DNA of 64,000 bases from Candidatus Marinacidobacterales bacterium. GTDB taxonomy: Bacteria > Acidobacteriota > Vicinamibacteria > Marinacidobacterales > SMYC01. Positions 63,575 to 64,000 of this stretch are shown piece after piece; the first letter of the stretch is position 1, and every line of letters starts with the position of its first letter. The DNA lies in assembly GCA_965237955.1 (NCBI GenBank), contig OZ250169.1, forward strand, positions 6,688,001 to 6,752,000. Direction: 5' to 3'. The translations under genes were made by a program, and so were the position numbers. The notes under the pieces are model-generated. The model saw nothing but the letters and a program-made list of their open reading frames with translations, was not told where the DNA came from and ran no database searches.

Positions 63575-64000
63575 ATGGGTCGCCAACGCGTCGACAAGCT
63601 CGTCGTCGAGCGCGGGATGGTGCCCACTCGCGAGAAAGCGCGGCGGCTCATTCTCGCCGGTGAAGTGCTCGTCGACGATGCACCCGTCGACAAGCCCGGC
63701 ACGCTCGTGCCCGAAGATGCCGAGCTTCGCTTGCGAAATCCTCCCAAGCCCTATGTCGGTCGCGGTGGCGAAAAGCTCGCGGGCGCACTCGACGTGCTCG
63801 AGCTCGACGTCTCGGGGTTGCACGTCCTCGACGTCGGCGCATCGACCGGCGGTTTCACCGACTGCCTCCTGCAGCGCGGCGCGGCCGAAGTGACGGCGCT
63901 CGACGTCGGTCGCGCTCAGCTCGATTGGAAGCTCTACTCGGATGAGCGGGTGCACGTCATCGAAGGCGTGAACGCGCGCTACATCCAGCCCGATGATTTC
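63575..64000 (+). CDS. tlyA: TlyA-family rRNA methyltransferase; runs off the window edge
   Basis: Manual translation: S4 domain RVDKLVVERG...REKARRLILAG, YVGRGGEKL and LDVGASTGGFTDCLLQRGA. Confidence 0.93.
   Translation, partial: MGRQRVDKLVVERGMVPTREKARRLILAGEVLVDDAPVDKPGTLVPEDAELRLRNPPKPYVGRGGEKLAGALDVLELDVSGLHVLDVGASTGGFTDCLLQRGAAEVTALDVGRAQLDWKLYSDERVHVIEGVNARYIQPDDF

Overview
A 64-kb, GC-rich bacterial chromosomal segment from a diderm organism (lpxA, Tat and lipoprotein signals). Gene content and intergenic repeat families suggest Acidobacteriota or a similar lineage; this is inference, not a taxonomic call. It contains the start of a microcompartment locus (BMC-H shell plus acylating aldehyde dehydrogenase), an extended MglA-like GTPase, and DsbD divergent from a Qrc/ACIII-like respiratory operon. 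It also carries a bactofilin, a truncated ISAzo13-family element, a sortase system (class GN sortase, VIT/vWA target, two-component pair), a DUF222/HNH endonuclease in a small decayed island, and housekeeping genes (fabI, queF, ligA, lysA, lon, xseAB, ispA, tlyA). The strongest feature hidden from the ORF track is a probable exported selenoprotein at 18876-19409(-): an in-frame TGA forms a thioredoxin-type UxxC motif and is followed by a SECIS-like hairpin. Other hidden features are a 125-bp CTAG-targeting MITE in three copies (one splits the sortase), a pair of apparently catalytically dead enzymes, palindromes bracketing the HNH gene, and unannotated small ORFs. Many genes carry frameshifts, so some lesions may be assembly errors. 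No rRNA, complete tRNA or CRISPR array was seen. All family assignments come from motif recognition by eye; no searches were run.
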